NCBI RefSeq assembly: GCF_006345805.1
Contig: NC_042997.1
Span: forward strand, 182,466,001 to 182,530,000
DNA length: 64,000 nt
Reading direction: 5' to 3'
DNA from: Octopus sinensis
Taxonomy: Eukaryota
Every line of letters starts with the position of its first letter. The stretch's first letter is position 1. Of the stretch, positions 25,741-39,479 are shown one piece after another. The notes under the pieces were generated by a model. It was not told the DNA's origin and ran no database searches. It worked only from the letters and a program-made list of their open reading frames with translations. The position numbers were made by a program, and so were the translations under genes.

Positions 25741-27311
25741 TACTTTGATACTTTGATACTTTGATAGGTTTCGGCCATTATTGGCCCAGGCCATGTCTAA
25801 CTTAATAGCACCACCTGGTGAAGTCTTTCAAGTCAGAATTTGGGCACTATGGCCCACTCAAGTAGAGAGTTATTGTTTACAGAGACATATCCGGGTGTAG
25901 GGGGTTTATCCGGGATTTCTTGAAGGAATCTGTCCAAAGACTTCTTGAACCCTATAGGGTCAGTTTCTGTTTTATGTGTTTTGGTGTAATGTTAAAGAGA
26001 GCGGGGCCAATTGAGGTGAAATAATTGTGCCGTATTGTTGTTATGAGATGAGAGTGCGATTTTTGTTTGGGCGGATGGCACGGGGCCCAAGCCTTGGATG
26101 TACCTTAAAGGTGATGCCAACATCATTTGGGCAATGCTGATGGAATATTTTCCACATCATGCAGATGATGTAGCGCTCACGACGACGTTGGAGAGAATAG
26201 AGTTTTAGCTTTTCTAGTCGACCCCAATAGTCGAGGCCTGTCATGCCATCTATCTTTTTTGTGATTGCCCTTTGAGGTGCTTCGACTTTTTTGATACCTT
26301 GTATTGTGTGGGGAGACCACAGTGGACAACAGTATTCAAGGTGGGGTCGGGCAAAAGTGGAGAAGAGAAGGATAATGGTGTGGATATCTCTCGACTGGAA
26401 GTTCTGAGAATCCAGGAACACATTCTGCGGGCCATGTCAACTTTGGTGTTTATATGAGTGGCCCAGCTTACGTTGTTGTCCACAATTACTCCCAAGTCTC
26501 TGATGTTGTTGGACGCCGCGAGAAGTTTCACCTGAAGGAAGGGAGTATGGGAGTTTCAGGGCATCCTCTTTTCCAAAGTGGATTAGCTCAAATTTATCCT
26601 CGTTCAGCAGCATATTGTTTTTTTCTGCCCATTGGATAACAGCCAGTAGATCTGACTGAAGGCATGTCCGGTCACTCGCCTCATTATGACCTTCTGTAGC
26701 TTGGAGTCATCTGCAAAGATTTTTATGTTGCTGTGCTTGATGATGTCATTAATGTCATTAATGTAATGATGAAAAGAAGTGGGCCCAGCACAGTGCCTTG
26801 CGGAACGCCACTACTGACTTTGGCTGGGCTTGATTTTACCCCTTCAACTACAACATGTTGAGATCTGTCTGTCAGGAAACACTTAATCCATTTCAGTAAC
26901 TTTCCAGAGACACCAATGTTGGATAGTTTTTTCAATAGGATCTTGTGATCGACCCTGTCGAAGGCCTTACTGAAATCAAGGTAGATGACATCGGTGTTGG
27001 AGCCCTCTCCCAAAGCTCTCAAAATGTCCTCAAAGTGATGCAGGAGCTGCGTTAGGCAGTCCCTTCCATTACGGAACCCATGTTGGTTGGAGATCAGCCG
27101 TCTGTTGCTTTCAGAAATTGGGTATTTGAGATCTCACCACCCTCTCAAATACCTTGATGATATGAGAGGTGAGTGAGATCGGACGGTTAATTCACTGCAA
27201 GGGACTTGTTTCCTTTTGAAAACTGGGACAACAGACTGGGACAGAAGGTTTTTTTGGAATATAGCCAGCATCCAGTGAGTTTCTCCACAGATTAGCAAGG
27301 GGAGATGCAAG
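25741..27311 (-). mobile_element. CR1-like LINE family B, 5'-truncated, young, with frameshifts
   Basis: RPISLTSHIIKVFER, QHGFR, YLDFSKAFDRVDH, SGVPQGTVLGPLLFII, shifted FADD, RPHLEYCCPLWSP; (TACTTTGA)n tail at 25741. Confidence 0.92.
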
Positions 27312-27569
27312 TTATATATATATTATATATATACATGTATGTGTATATATATATATACATGTATGTATGTATATATATAATATATACATGTATGTATATA
27401 TATACATGTATGTATGTATATATATAAATGTATGTATATATATATATATATACATGTATGTATATATATATATATATACATGTATGTATATATATATATG
27501 TAATATATATGTGTATATATATATATAAGTATATATACATATATATATATATGTATATATACATATATA

Positions 27570-27830
27570 TACTTTGATACTTTGATACTTTGATAGGTTT
27601 CGGCCATTATTGGCCCAGGCCATGTCTAACTTAATAGCACCACCTGGTGAAGTCTTTCAAGTCAGAATTTGGGCACTATGGCCCACTCAAGTAGAGAGTT
27701 ATTGTTTACAGAGACATATCCAGGTGTAGGGGGTTTATCCGGGATTTCTTGAAGGAATCTGTCCCAAGACTTCTTGAACCCTATAGGGTCAGTTTTGTTT
27801 TAATGTGTTTTGGTGTATGTTAAAGAGAGC
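27570..27830 (-). mobile_element. Family B short 3'-end copy
   Basis: Near-identical to 25741-26000. Confidence 0.88.
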
Positions 27831-27847
27831 ATATATATATATATGTG

Positions 27848-27879
<32 letters not shown>

Positions 27880-28238
27880 TATATGTGTATATATATATAA
27901 TATATATATGTATATATACATATATATATGTATATATACATATATAATATATGTATGTATATATACATATATATATATGTATATATAATACGTATATACA
28001 TATGTATATATATGTATATATGTATATATACATATATTATGTGTATATATATATATATATGTGTATGTATATATATATATATATATATAAGTATATATAC
28101 ATATATATATGTATATATACATATATATATATGTATATATATATACGTATATAGTATGTATATATATATACGTATATACATATGTATATATATGTATATA
28201 TATATATATATGTATATATATATAACGTATATACATAT

Positions 28239-28269
<31 letters not shown>

Positions 28270-28275
28270 CATATG

Positions 28276-28308
<33 letters not shown>

Positions 28309-28665
28309 GTATATATACGTATATATATGTATATATATATATATATACGTATATATATAGTATATATAATATATATATATAGTATATATATATATATACG
28401 TATATATATATGTATATATACGTATATATACATATATATATGTAGTATATATACATATATATATATATGTATGTATATATACATATATATATATGTATGT
28501 ATATATACATAATATATATATGTATGTATATATACATATATATATAATGTATATATATATACATATATATATATATATAATATATATATATATGTATGTA
28601 TCTATATGTATGTATATATCTATATTTGTATATATGTATACATGTGTATATATATATATATATAT
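27831..28665. repeat. (TA/TATG/TACA)n microsatellite
   Basis: Directly visible. Confidence 0.95.
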
Positions 28666-28819
28666 CATCATCATCATCATCGTTCAGCGTCCGCTTTCCA
28701 TGCTAGCATGGGTTGGACGGTTCTACTGGGGTCTGTGAAGCCAGAAGGCTTCATCAGGTCCAGTCAAATCTGGCAGTGTTCCTACGGCTGGATGCCCTTC
28801 CTAACGCCAACCACTCCGA
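28666..28819 (-). mobile_element. RTE 3'-end fragment
   Basis: (CAT)n + CGTCCGCTTTCCATGCTAGCATGGG…GGATGCCCTTCCTAACGCCAACC. Confidence 0.85.
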
Positions 28820-28860
28820 TGTATGCATATATATCTGTGTACATATATATACAAAAATAT

Positions 28861-31437
28861 ATCATCACCATCATCATTGTTTAGTGTCCACTTTCCATGC
28901 TAGCATGGGTTGGACGATTTCACTAAAGAATGGTGAACCAGAGGGCTGCACCAGGCTGGAATCTTTTCTGGGGCGTTTCTACAGCTTGATGCCCTTCCTA
29001 ACGCCAACAACTCCGAGAGTGTAGGGGGTGCTTTTACATGCCACCGGCATGAGGACCAGTCAGGTGGTACTGGTAACGGCCACACTCAAATGTTTTTCAT
29101 GTACCTCCGGCACAAGTGCCAGTAAGGCAATGCTGGTAATGATCCTGTTTGAATGTAGCTTTTTATGTCCCACCGGCACGGTAGCCAGTCAGCTACTCTG
29201 GCAACGATCCTGCTAGGATGGTGCTCTTAGCACTCCACTGGCACAGGTGCCAGTCATCGAATTTGCGAATGTAATTTGATTTCGATTTCCCTTGCCTCAA
29301 CAGGTCTTCACAAGCAGATTTTAGTGTCCAATGAAGGTATGCATAAGTGGGCTGGTTACACCCCTGGCATGGGCCGCGGGTTATGGTCTCACTTGGCTTG
29401 CCAGGTCTTCTCTCGCACTGCATATTTCCAATGGTCTCGGTCAGTAGTCATTACCTCGGTGAGGCCTAATGTTTGAAGGTTGTGCTTCACCACCTCATCC
29501 TAGGTCTTCCTGGGCCTACCTCTTCCACAGGTTCCCTCAACCGCTAGGGTGTGGGACTTTTTCACACAGCTATCCTCATTCATTCTCGACACATGACCAT
29601 ACTAGTGCAGTCGTCTCTCTTGCACACCATATCTGATGCTTCTTAGGTCCAACTTTTCTCTCAAGGTACTTACACTCTATCGAGTATGCACACTGACATT
29701 ACACATCCATTGGAGCAAACTGGCTTCATTGCTTGCGAGCTTATGCATGTCCTAAGCAGTCATGGCCCATGTTTCACTGCCATGTAGCATGGCTGTTCGT
29801 ACACATGCGTCATACAGTCTACCTTTTGCTCTAAGCAAGAGGCACTTTGTCACCAGCAAAGGTGACTTTGCCCAGGCTATTCTTACTCTAGCAGCTACAC
29901 TTTCAGTGCACCCTCCCTAGTACTGACTTGGTCGCCTAGATAACGGAAGCTATCAACTACTTCTAGCTTTCTTCCTGGAATGTGGCGGAAGTTGTTCTCT
30001 GCACATTTTCAGACTATATTGCTCCTGAGCATCTGCCACATACAAAAACTATCTTCCCAGTTAGCCTTCCATTGATATTGCTGCACCTCTTGTGTATCCA
30101 TAGCTTACACTGGGTACATCTTATAGAGTTTCTACCCACGCCTTTTCTACAGACCGAGCAGGGCCATCTACCTGAAGGGATTTGTGGTTTGCCTACCTTC
30201 CTATTTATTAGGACTTTGGTTTTAGCTAGGTTGACTCTAAGGCTTGTTTCTACACCTGAAACTTCTCTCGTTCTGATAGTGACTCAACAATTACAGCAAG
30301 TTTGTCTGCATAGAGGAGCTCCAGGGGCATCCTGTCTTGAATTCCCCTGTTATTGCCTGGATGACTATGATAAATAGGTGGGGGCTGAGAACTGATCCTT
30401 GGTGGATACTTACCTCTAACCAGAATTCTTCACTGTATTCATTGCCAGCCCTCAACTTACTGAGAGTGTCCCTCTACGTGGCTTGCACAGGTCTCACTAA
30501 CCATTTGTCTATCCCTAGTTTCCTCATTGACCACCAGATAAGGGATCGGGGGGGGGGGGGGCTGTCAAAGGCTTTCTCCATGTCAACGAAAGCCAGGTAC
30601 AGAAGTTTATCTTTGGCTAGGTATTTCTCCTGCAGCTGTCTTACCAGAAATATAGCATCAGTGGTGCTTTTCCCTGGCACGAACCCAAACTGCGTTTCAT
30701 CTAAACTAACTCTCTCCCTAATTAGTTGGGCTATGACCCTCTCCATGACCTTCATTACCTGATCCAACAACTTGATACTACTGTAATTATTTGTAGCAGT
30801 TGACTATGGTGCTGCTACACCAGTCATTGGGTATGACTCCTTCGTGTATCACCTGGTTAACTATACGGGTGACCAGGCTATAGCCAAAACTACCAGATAT
30901 TTTGAGCATCTCTGCATTGATTCCTGATGGGCCAGGAGCTTTCCTTGTCTTCATACTCTTAATTGCTTTATCTACCAAGGTACTGTCAACTCGGATAGCT
31001 GGTCCCTCTGTTTGGTTGACATTCGGCAGACTCTCCTTCTCCCATTCATTTTCTTTATTCAGCAAACTTTCATAGTGGCATCTCCAAACCTCTCTCTTTG
31101 CAGCCTTGTTTAGTGCAAGTGAACCATCATTCATGCGTACACATTTCTCTTCTACGAACGACATCACAATTTTCTCTCGCACACTTTCTTGCAACACGAA
31201 ATACCTCAAGTCTTTGGTCCTCATGGCACAGAACATTGGCAAATTTTTTGTTATCTGCTTCCTCTCTGGCTAAATAAACGCGTCTCCTAGCTTCCCTTCT
31301 GGCAGTCTGATACAATTCCCTGCTACCACCATTCTTCCACTCCTTCCAAGCCTATTTCTTTTGTCTAATAGCCCTGTCAACAACATTGTTCCACTACCAC
31401 GTTATTTTGGATTGAGAGGGGACTTTGCACCATCCAC
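28861..31437 (-). mobile_element. RTE-clade LINE, 5'-truncated, degenerate
   Basis: GPSGINAEMLK, QFGFVPGKSTTDAIF, LAFVDMEKAFD (ORFs 30474-30770, 30787-31242); 3' UTR with ~60-bp subunits and (CAT)n tail. Confidence 0.92.
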
Positions 31438-34400
31438 AGATCTGGTCAGGTTGTCCTGTAGAAACCTCCGTGTTTGGTTGGTGCTTTTTACGTGTCACCG
31501 ACACGGACGCCAGTCAGGCGGCACTGGCATCAGCCACATTCAGACAGTGCTTTTTATGTCTCACCGGCACGGGTATCACAACTACAATTTCCATTTGATT
31601 TTTATGTTGATGTTGATATACTTGACACAATAGGTCTCCTCAAGCACAGCGGGTCACCCTACGATCCAAGGTTAGCACTGCAGGCTGTCTTGCGAGCCAT
31701 GAACTCACTTCATTTGTCGGGTCTTTGCAGTCACAGCATATCTCAGAGGTCTCGGTCTTTCGTCAGTCTCTGTGAGGTCCACCGTTCAAAGGTCATGATT
31801 GACCACTTCATTTCATGTCTTCCTGGGCCTACCTCTACCCCGGATTCCTTCAACAGTTTGGGAGTGGCACTTCTTCACACATCTCTCCTCATCCATCTGT
31901 AGTACATGACCATACCAACACAAACATCTCTCCTGCACGCCATATCCTATGCTTCTTATGTCAAACATTTCTCTCAGGATGCTTACACTCTGTCGTGCAT
32001 GCACACTGACATTATACATTCAGCGGATCATGCTAGCTTTATTTCTTTTGAGCCTATGCATGTCCTCAGTCACAGCCCATGTTTCACTGCCATGAACCAT
32101 GGCAGTTTGCACACATGCACCTCTTATGTGTCGATAGCTTACACTGGGTACATCTTATGGAATTTCTACCTACACCTTTTCTACAGATCGACCAGGGCCA
32201 TCTACCTAAGGTGGTGTGTAATGAGTTCGCCTTCCTACTTACTAGAACTTTGGTCTTTGCTACATTGACTCTAAGGCCTTTTGATTCTAAACCTAGTTTC
32301 CACACACGAAATTTCTTTCCTAGTTCTGGTAGTGATTCTGCCATGAGGGCCAGGTCATCAGCATAGAGGAGCTCCCAGGGGCAACCCGTCTTGAATTCCT
32401 CTGTTACTGCCAGGAGGACTATGATGAATAAAAGGGGACTGAGGGCTGAACCTTGGTGGACACCTACTTCTACCCGGGATTCTTCACTATACTCATTGCC
32501 AATCCTAACCTTACTAATGGCCTCTCTGTAAAGGGCCTCTACAGCCCTTATTAACCATTCATCAGTCTCCAGTTTCTGCATCGCCCACCAGATAAAGGAT
32601 CGAGGGACCCCATCAAAAGCTTTTTCCAAGTCCACAAAAGCTAAGTATAGGGGTTTATCTTTAACTAGGTATTTCTCCTGCAGTTGTCGAACCTGGAATA
32701 TGGCATCAGTAGTGCTTCTGCCCGGCACAAATCCGAACTGCATCTCATCTTAACAGACTCTCTCCCTGATGAGATGGGCTATGACCCTCTCCATGACCTT
32801 CATCACCTGATCCAGCAGTTTGATACTCCTGTAGTTATTTCTATCTAGAGCATCACCTTTACCCTTGTAGCATTTGACTATGGTGCTGCTACGCCAGTCG
32901 TTTGGTATGACTCCATCATGAACTACCTGGTTTACAATGCCGGTGACTAGGCCATAGCCCACACCACCAGATGTTTTAAGCATCTCAGCAGTGATTCTAG
33001 ATGGGGCGGGGGCTTTTCCTGGCTTCATACCCTTAATTGCTTTATCTGCTAGGGAGCTGTCTATTCGGATAGCTGGTCCTTCTACTGGGTCAACATTTGG
33101 CAGGCTATCCTCCTCCCATTCATTCTTCACATTCAGCAGTCTTTCATAATGGCTTCTCCAAGTCGCCTTCTTATCAGAATCATTAAAAGCAAGTGCACCA
33201 TCATCCATGCGGACACATTTCTCTCCTGTGATGTCACAATTTTCTCTCACACAGTCTTGCAATCCGAAATACTTCAGTTCTTTGGTCCTCACGTCGCTGG
33301 ACATTGGCAAACTTCTTTTCCGCTTCGCTCTTGGCTATGTATACCTGCCGCCCAGCCTCCTTTTTTGCTACCTGGTACAGTTCCCTGCTACCCCCACCCT
33401 TCCAGGCCTGTTTCTTTGCTCTAATGGCTTTGTCTACTGTACTATTCCACCACCACGTAACTCTAGGTCTGGAAAGGACTTTGCACCAACCACAGACTTG
33501 GTCTGTGGCACTCAGCAAGCTGTCCCGTAGAAATTTCCAGCTAACTTCTATGCCCGATGTCTGTAGCTCCTCTTCTCTCTCCTCAAATTTCTTGATGAGG
33601 ATGTCCCTAAATCTCTGACCATGTGAAGAGTTCTTTAGCTTCCATATCCTTTTTTTTTGGATTGGTCTGCTTCTTGGTATCCTTCTGGCCTCGAGCCTAA
33701 AGTCACCAATGACTAGCCTATGCTGGGAGGTACATTCTTCACCCGGGAGGGTCTTTATATTTAAGAGCGACCCTGCATCCTGCTGTCTGATGAGGATGAA
33801 ATCAATCTGGCTAGCAGAGTTCCCTGATTGATAGGTTATAAGGTGGCGGTCTGGCTTCCTGAAGTTAGTGTTGCAGTTTAAAAGGTTACATGCATCACAG
33901 AACTCCAGTAGCCTGGTTCCTTCATCATTTCCAATTCTAATACCATGGCTACCGTGTACCCCAGTGAAGATACCAGATTCCTGCCCTACATGCCCATTAA
34001 AGTCTCCAGCCACAAAGATGAGGTCATTGCCACTCATCTTTGAGGTAGCCTGTAGAAGGGTATCATAAAAGTGGTCCTTCTGATCATTTGGTAGCCCCGT
34101 GTGTGGGGTGTAGACAGGGATAATTCTGGCTGTGCTGTTCTGCAGGACTAGCCTGAGCTTAAGCACCCTATTGCATACCCTAACAACCCCTATAACCTTA
34201 TCCACCCATTTCTCTGCGAGGAGTATGCCTACACCCCCTACACTATCTATGTTACCTTGCTAGAAGACTTTATACCTATGTGCCTTGCCTATGAGGACCC
34301 TAGCTGAAGCTCCTCTCCATCTTACCTCTTGTATGCAACATACATCAACCCATCTCCTTTCAAGCATCTCTACAATCTTTGAGTGTACCAACATTGACAG

Positions 34401-34620
34401 TACCAACTCTGAAAACTGGGAAGGGAATGTGGGGTGAGGTTTAGGGAGGAGGGATGTTATTCAGCACTTGAAAAGAAGAGGGATGTTGTGGTGGTGTTTG
34501 TTTGTTAGGCATGCTTCATCCGTTCTCTTCTGACCTGACAACATTCAAGCATTCAGGCATGTTAAGATTGTTGCCCTCACTGGAGGTAGCAGCGTTGTAA
34601 GCATAAGCAGTGTTGTAAGC
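31438..34620 (-). mobile_element. Near full-length RTE-clade LINE with APE endonuclease and RT, interrupted by stops, frameshifts and an internal deletion
   Basis: VGTVNVGTL at ~34410, CCIQEVRW, VAGDFNGHVG, SQIDFIL (ORF 33234-34205), YRSIKLLDQVMK, GVHQGSALSPLLF and LLYADD (32084-32743); deletion at ~32120. Confidence 0.93.
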
Positions 34621-34634
34621 ATATATCTATATAT

Positions 34635-34880
34635 ATATGGGCTGAAAGATTCATAGGCTGACTAGGAAAGAGTGATGCTGGAGCAGTGAAATTTTCATGC
34701 ATTATTTCAACACTTCTTATTAATAACTGCATTGTTTCATTCCAGGACTGTTCAAAGAAGACTTCACAAGTAACTAGTAGTAACTTCTCTTGAAAATGGA
34801 CAAAATTGTCATCATGATGTTATCAAGTACCTACAGAAAAAGGGCTTTGTCTTCAAGGACATTAATGCTGACATGGTTAC
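34635..34880 (+). mobile_element. Mariner-like element 5' fragment
   Basis: From ATG 34796 with one frameshift: MDKI-HHDVIKYLQKKGFVFKDINADMV, resembling the mariner transposase N-terminus (…IKFL..KG….IH..MV); TIR-like GGCTGAAAGATTCATAGGCTGAC upstream. Confidence 0.65.
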
Positions 34881-35059
34881 TGTGTGTATGTGTGTGTGTG
34901 TGTGTGTGCATACACATGCATGTGTGTGTGTGTTTCAACCATGTGGCTGCGGTTATGCTGGAGTACCACCATGAATTTGTACTCTTTCCACAGCACTGGG
35001 TGATCGGATTTCATGTCACCATCTTTGCATGTGCTTTTCCCCTAGTTGGTTTATTTGTA

Positions 35060-35760
35060 TATGACAGTATTTGATATTGCTGTTCTCATCTGTGCTTCAT
35101 GCTAGCATGTTGGCTCATCATGGGTAGGAGAATTTCCAGTTTCCTTTTGAAAGCATCCATATCCATTTTGTGTAGGTTTCTTAATTGTTTTGCTTGAGTA
35201 CTGAATTGCTGTGAGCCTTTGAACCTTAAATTATTGTAGTACCAGGTCCTCATTTTAGTCAGAGTGGGTGATATCTTTGGTACTATGAAGTGTCCTCCAG
35301 TATGATCATTGTATAACTCTTGATGTTAAAGTTAGATGCTAGCCCTTCTAGGACTTTCCACACATAAATTATCACATATCTCTCACAACTTTGCTCCAAG
35401 TCATAGTTTTTCAACTTCCCCTATTTGTTCATCTGTTGCACTGTGGCAGTCTTGTTAGTGTAGTAGTGCTGGATCGACCCAAACTCTGCTGTTAGTTTCA
35501 CACTATGCAGTGACCATAGCTGAGATCAATTGTTCAGATGGCTGTGGTCAAAGGTCTTTCACAGGATCAACCTGACTTTTTGGTTTCTTGTCCTGAAGGA
35601 CCTTTAGTATCCATTCTGCTAATCTACACTTTATTGCTTCCTTAGTAATATGTATGTGAAATAATGCATCAACGCACATACTGATTCCCAACTCTCTCAC
35701 TGTCTAACTCTGGGATAGCAGTGCCCTGGGTCCTGTATATTCAGGTTATGTTGCATTTTT
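35060..35760 (-). mobile_element. Old family A LINE fragment
   Basis: Reverse strand reads SQLWS, RYVIIYVWKVLEGL and FKGSQQF, homologous to 15084-15420 and 21786-22300; CpG-depleted. Confidence 0.7.
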
Positions 35761-38200
35761 GTGCAGGCAGTGCAGTACTTGAAATTTTCTGGATTTAAAT
35801 TGCATGTGTGTTTGTGTGTGTATGTGTAAATATAGTGGTGTAAATAAACATCATTAGGTTTGACATACAAAGATGTGTGTGTATGTGTAGACCTGTATAA
35901 CTACATATATTCAGAAGATAGGCATATATATATTTATACAAATATGTTTACATAGAACATAAAAAAATATAGAATACTAAGGAAGAATACTTAGTTTTTT
36001 AAATTGAACTGCACTTTCTGGAAACTTGGAATCATCAAATAGTGACATATATATATTGCTATAAGTCTGGGTTCCTTCATCAGGAGAAAGTTGCCTTTTG
36101 CTAATTTTCTGATTAAGGAAACCAAAATGGTTTAGTTGACCCAATGAACTTAAATGAGCTTCTCAGAGAAGATAGTTGTCACAATGTTGCAACATTTTAC
36201 TACCTCCATATTGCTGGTATGTTTTTGGATTTTAAGTTATTCTGTAGAATCAAGTTTGTTAAAGGCTATGTAATTTATATAATACCTCTGTGTTGGAAAG
36301 CAGGGAGAATGGTTGTATGATTTCTTTAAGGTACTGAACTCAAGTTGCAGCATATTATGCTCTCTTTACATCAAAACCCCAGGGAGAGCAGGAATCTTTA
36401 AGATGTTACTGTTTATAATATAGTTCTTATGGATATCTCCTCAGAAATTGAGATGCAAGGATTTGAGGATTTACTCTGTGACACCCCAGCAGCATACCAG
36501 CAACCATAAATTTGTCTATAACAATCTAGAACAACTCATGTGCTAATATTTTATAGAGATTTGTCATATATAACCGTTGTTGCTTTTTTTTTCATGCTTA
36601 TTTTCTCTTTTTGTAATGGGTTTCTAATAGATCAGGTTCTATAAAACTATGATGTGTATTTCCATAAATTGTAGATATCCATAGAAGGAAGAATTGAAGA
36701 GTATGGCAATGATAAAAGCCAACTTGAGAACATACTATTTTGAGTATAATGATAACTGACGCAATTAGGAGCAGCCTACTTGATTAGTTACAGTAAACAG
36801 AAGTTTAACACTTTGCAACATTATGCATGTGTGTGATGATTATGCAAGATGGGTGAGGACAGTAGTGTAGGTGTTTTGTAGTATGTATGCTGAATAGAAT
36901 TAATATGAGGTAAATTTGATGGCTATATCTGCAGGAGTACTTCTTACAGAGCCAATTTTAGGAAACGCTGATAGGATGATACAAGATCATCTTTTCAGGA
37001 GACTAGAAAAACCACTTGAAATTTAGAAGACTAGAGAGTTGCAGATCGTGTTACACATAAAGCCATTCCCTACTCTTCTGACAATCATCTTGCAAGAATT
37101 GCATTGGTGGTTAGTTGCCTCCAAGTTACAGATGAGTGACTTCCTCCAGTTGTTGGTTTGTGGCTATATTCATCACTAAGAATGTGCTGCTGTTTTCTGT
37201 TTCATTTATATGTGCACCTTCTAGTACCAGATGAGAATCATACCTGTGATTCAATTCCCACATCCTTCTTCTAGTTGTAATTTATATTCCTTCTTTCCAG
37301 TAACTATATCTATCTTGGTAAATATATTCTCACCAGGAAGAGACTTGGTGTTCACAACTATTTGTCTATTTCTTCTGATAAGAATGAAGTCAATAATTGG
37401 CAACCATATGATGGTCTGATTTTTATGAAATTTATGTTGCAGGTGGTTAGATCACTTCAGTGACAGAATTGCAGCACTCATTTCTTTCATTGTTCACTCT
37501 TGTCACCACTTTTACAGTATGCAGTACTGATGGAGCAAGTGTCAGCCATTTTAATGTAACTCACATTATCCTGTAGTTTTTGTATTATGCATTTTAGATT
37601 TGGTTGAGGTTTTATGTTGGCATGCCCTTCTTGTTGAAAGCTACTAACATGTATATAAGTGTATTTACCATCATATAAGTAGTAACAATGTTATTTTATG
37701 AAAGAGAAGAGCCTATCACTTCTATTTCATTTTGGAACAATTGCAGTTTAGATAGGTTGCTTTTAATGCAGTATAAACACACACACACACACACACACGC
37801 ACACACACTCTCTCTCTCTCTCTCTCAATGGTAGGAGAGGCTGCAAGGAAAGCATGGTTGAGTAAGAAAAAAAATGAGTAGGAGCTTTTGGCAACAGAAG
37901 TTTTATTTTTCTGTGCAAAGAGGATACTGTAGGAAAACATGAAAAGTGCTATGCTGTGTGAAAGTGAGATCATAGGCTGGAGAAAAATGAAGAAAGTGGT
38001 GTGAAGGATGTGTAGTTAACTTGCACAATAGATGGGGGTCAAGTAAACTGAAAGCAATTGGGTGGGCATGCTAGAGATGATATGTAATGCCTTAAAAAAG
38101 CTCTGAGTGCTGTCAGCAATTATATCTATCTAACTTTAAAAAGAAAATCTGTAGTAGAACAGAAAATAACCAATAGGCATCTAAAAGGTACCAATTTTAT

Positions 38201-38237
<37 letters not shown>

Positions 38238-39479
38238 ATATATACTAAATTTATTTTTGTTAGTTTTAGATTTTCTTGTTTTAGTCACTCAAACTCAAGT
38301 TGTTCTATGAAATGGAGTTGGCCAGTTTAACAACTAGAGCAACCTGGAAGTCTTCTGTACTGAAGTCCTCTGGGGCTATATTGCTTTACTATTTGATGGT
38401 TAACTTTGTGGGCAGTCAGGCAAAGTATATTTTATTGTCCAGTCTGTTCATGTATAATGGCTCTTTTGGTGACCGCATAAGCAACCAAGGCAGTCTGTGC
38501 ATGGTCATATCAATTCCATGGGAGTCACTGGAAATTGTTGACAGGCCAGTTTAGAATTAGGATTTATTACTGTCATTGATTTTGTAGCTATAGTGATATG
38601 TATTTTGTATTTGTTCACTTACCTAAATGACATCATGTTTTAACTTTTACAAAAGGCTTTTCAGTTTCCTTGTTAGTTATTTCAGATAAGATGAAATAAA
38701 TCAGCTTTGAGAACAACGTAATTGTTAACATGAACTAGTAATTGAGTTGTTAAAGTGTTCCTCATTTTTTTGGTGCCATGACCATTACACAAAATCTTTG
38801 TGTAATCTTAATTCAGAAAATAAAATATCATTGTTAGTTGAATGCAATTTATTAAAAAGTAAATCTTAAATTTTCTTCAAGAATAAGAATAATTTTTGTT
38901 TAGGGAGAAGAGGGTTATTTGGTTGAAAAAAAATCATGTAATCTCAAATTTAAAGAGTCATTTGAGTAAAAGATAAATCCTACTGTTTGTGTAGCCTTTC
39001 CTTTTAATAGTTTGGGATTTATATAAAACTCTTGTCGGTCCAACTTAAAATATCATTGAGATGAACCGTTTGTTTGATTTTCTAAATGAAGCATAGTACC
39101 TAATATAAAACAAACCAACTTTAGTCATATCTTTGAATTCATATGTGAAGGCTGTTGAAATTAATTAAAGACAAATCTTATTAGCGACTATTGTTTTCAT
39201 ATCATAATCACACAATATATTTTATGTATTTCCTTGTGTATCACAGCATATAAAATGTATGAATGCCAGGAATATTTTTGAGACATTAACTTAATTATTA
39301 CTACTATGATAGTGATGACTACAGCTGTTTGGGTTTAATTTATAACTTTAACATGCTTCAAATATGATTTTAGAATTAGATTCTGAAAATTTGTACTAAT
39401 TCTGTATTAGTATGGTATTGTTCCTCTCTGTTATCTCTCTCTCCCACCTAGCACTGTGCTTTCCAAGTATGATTATCTT

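Noticed and set aside
13848-28738. Dozens of long ORFs made of Y/I/H/T/C/V/M (e.g. 17242-18435, 397 aa)
   Set aside because: Translations of (TA)n/(TG)n/(TATG)n microsatellites, which happen to lack stops; open in several frames on both strands.
30547-30561. Poly-G run inside the RTE RT region as a G-quadruplex element
   Set aside because: Isolated homopolymer expansion or read error in a dead copy; absent from the sister copy at ~32.6 kb.
14629-33618. Antisense and alternate-frame ORFs over LINEs (e.g. 24597-25121, 30337-30762, 31474-31902)
   Set aside because: Shadows of GC-richer LINE sequence; no independent evidence.
33234-34205. 323-aa ORF as a possible host endonuclease gene
   Set aside because: It is the APE domain of a disrupted RTE ORF2, contiguous with RT fragments.
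35950-38600. Patches of mixed-composition DNA that might be older LINE or LTR remnants
   Set aside because: No motif I could identify with confidence; needs a RepeatMasker or tBLASTx search.
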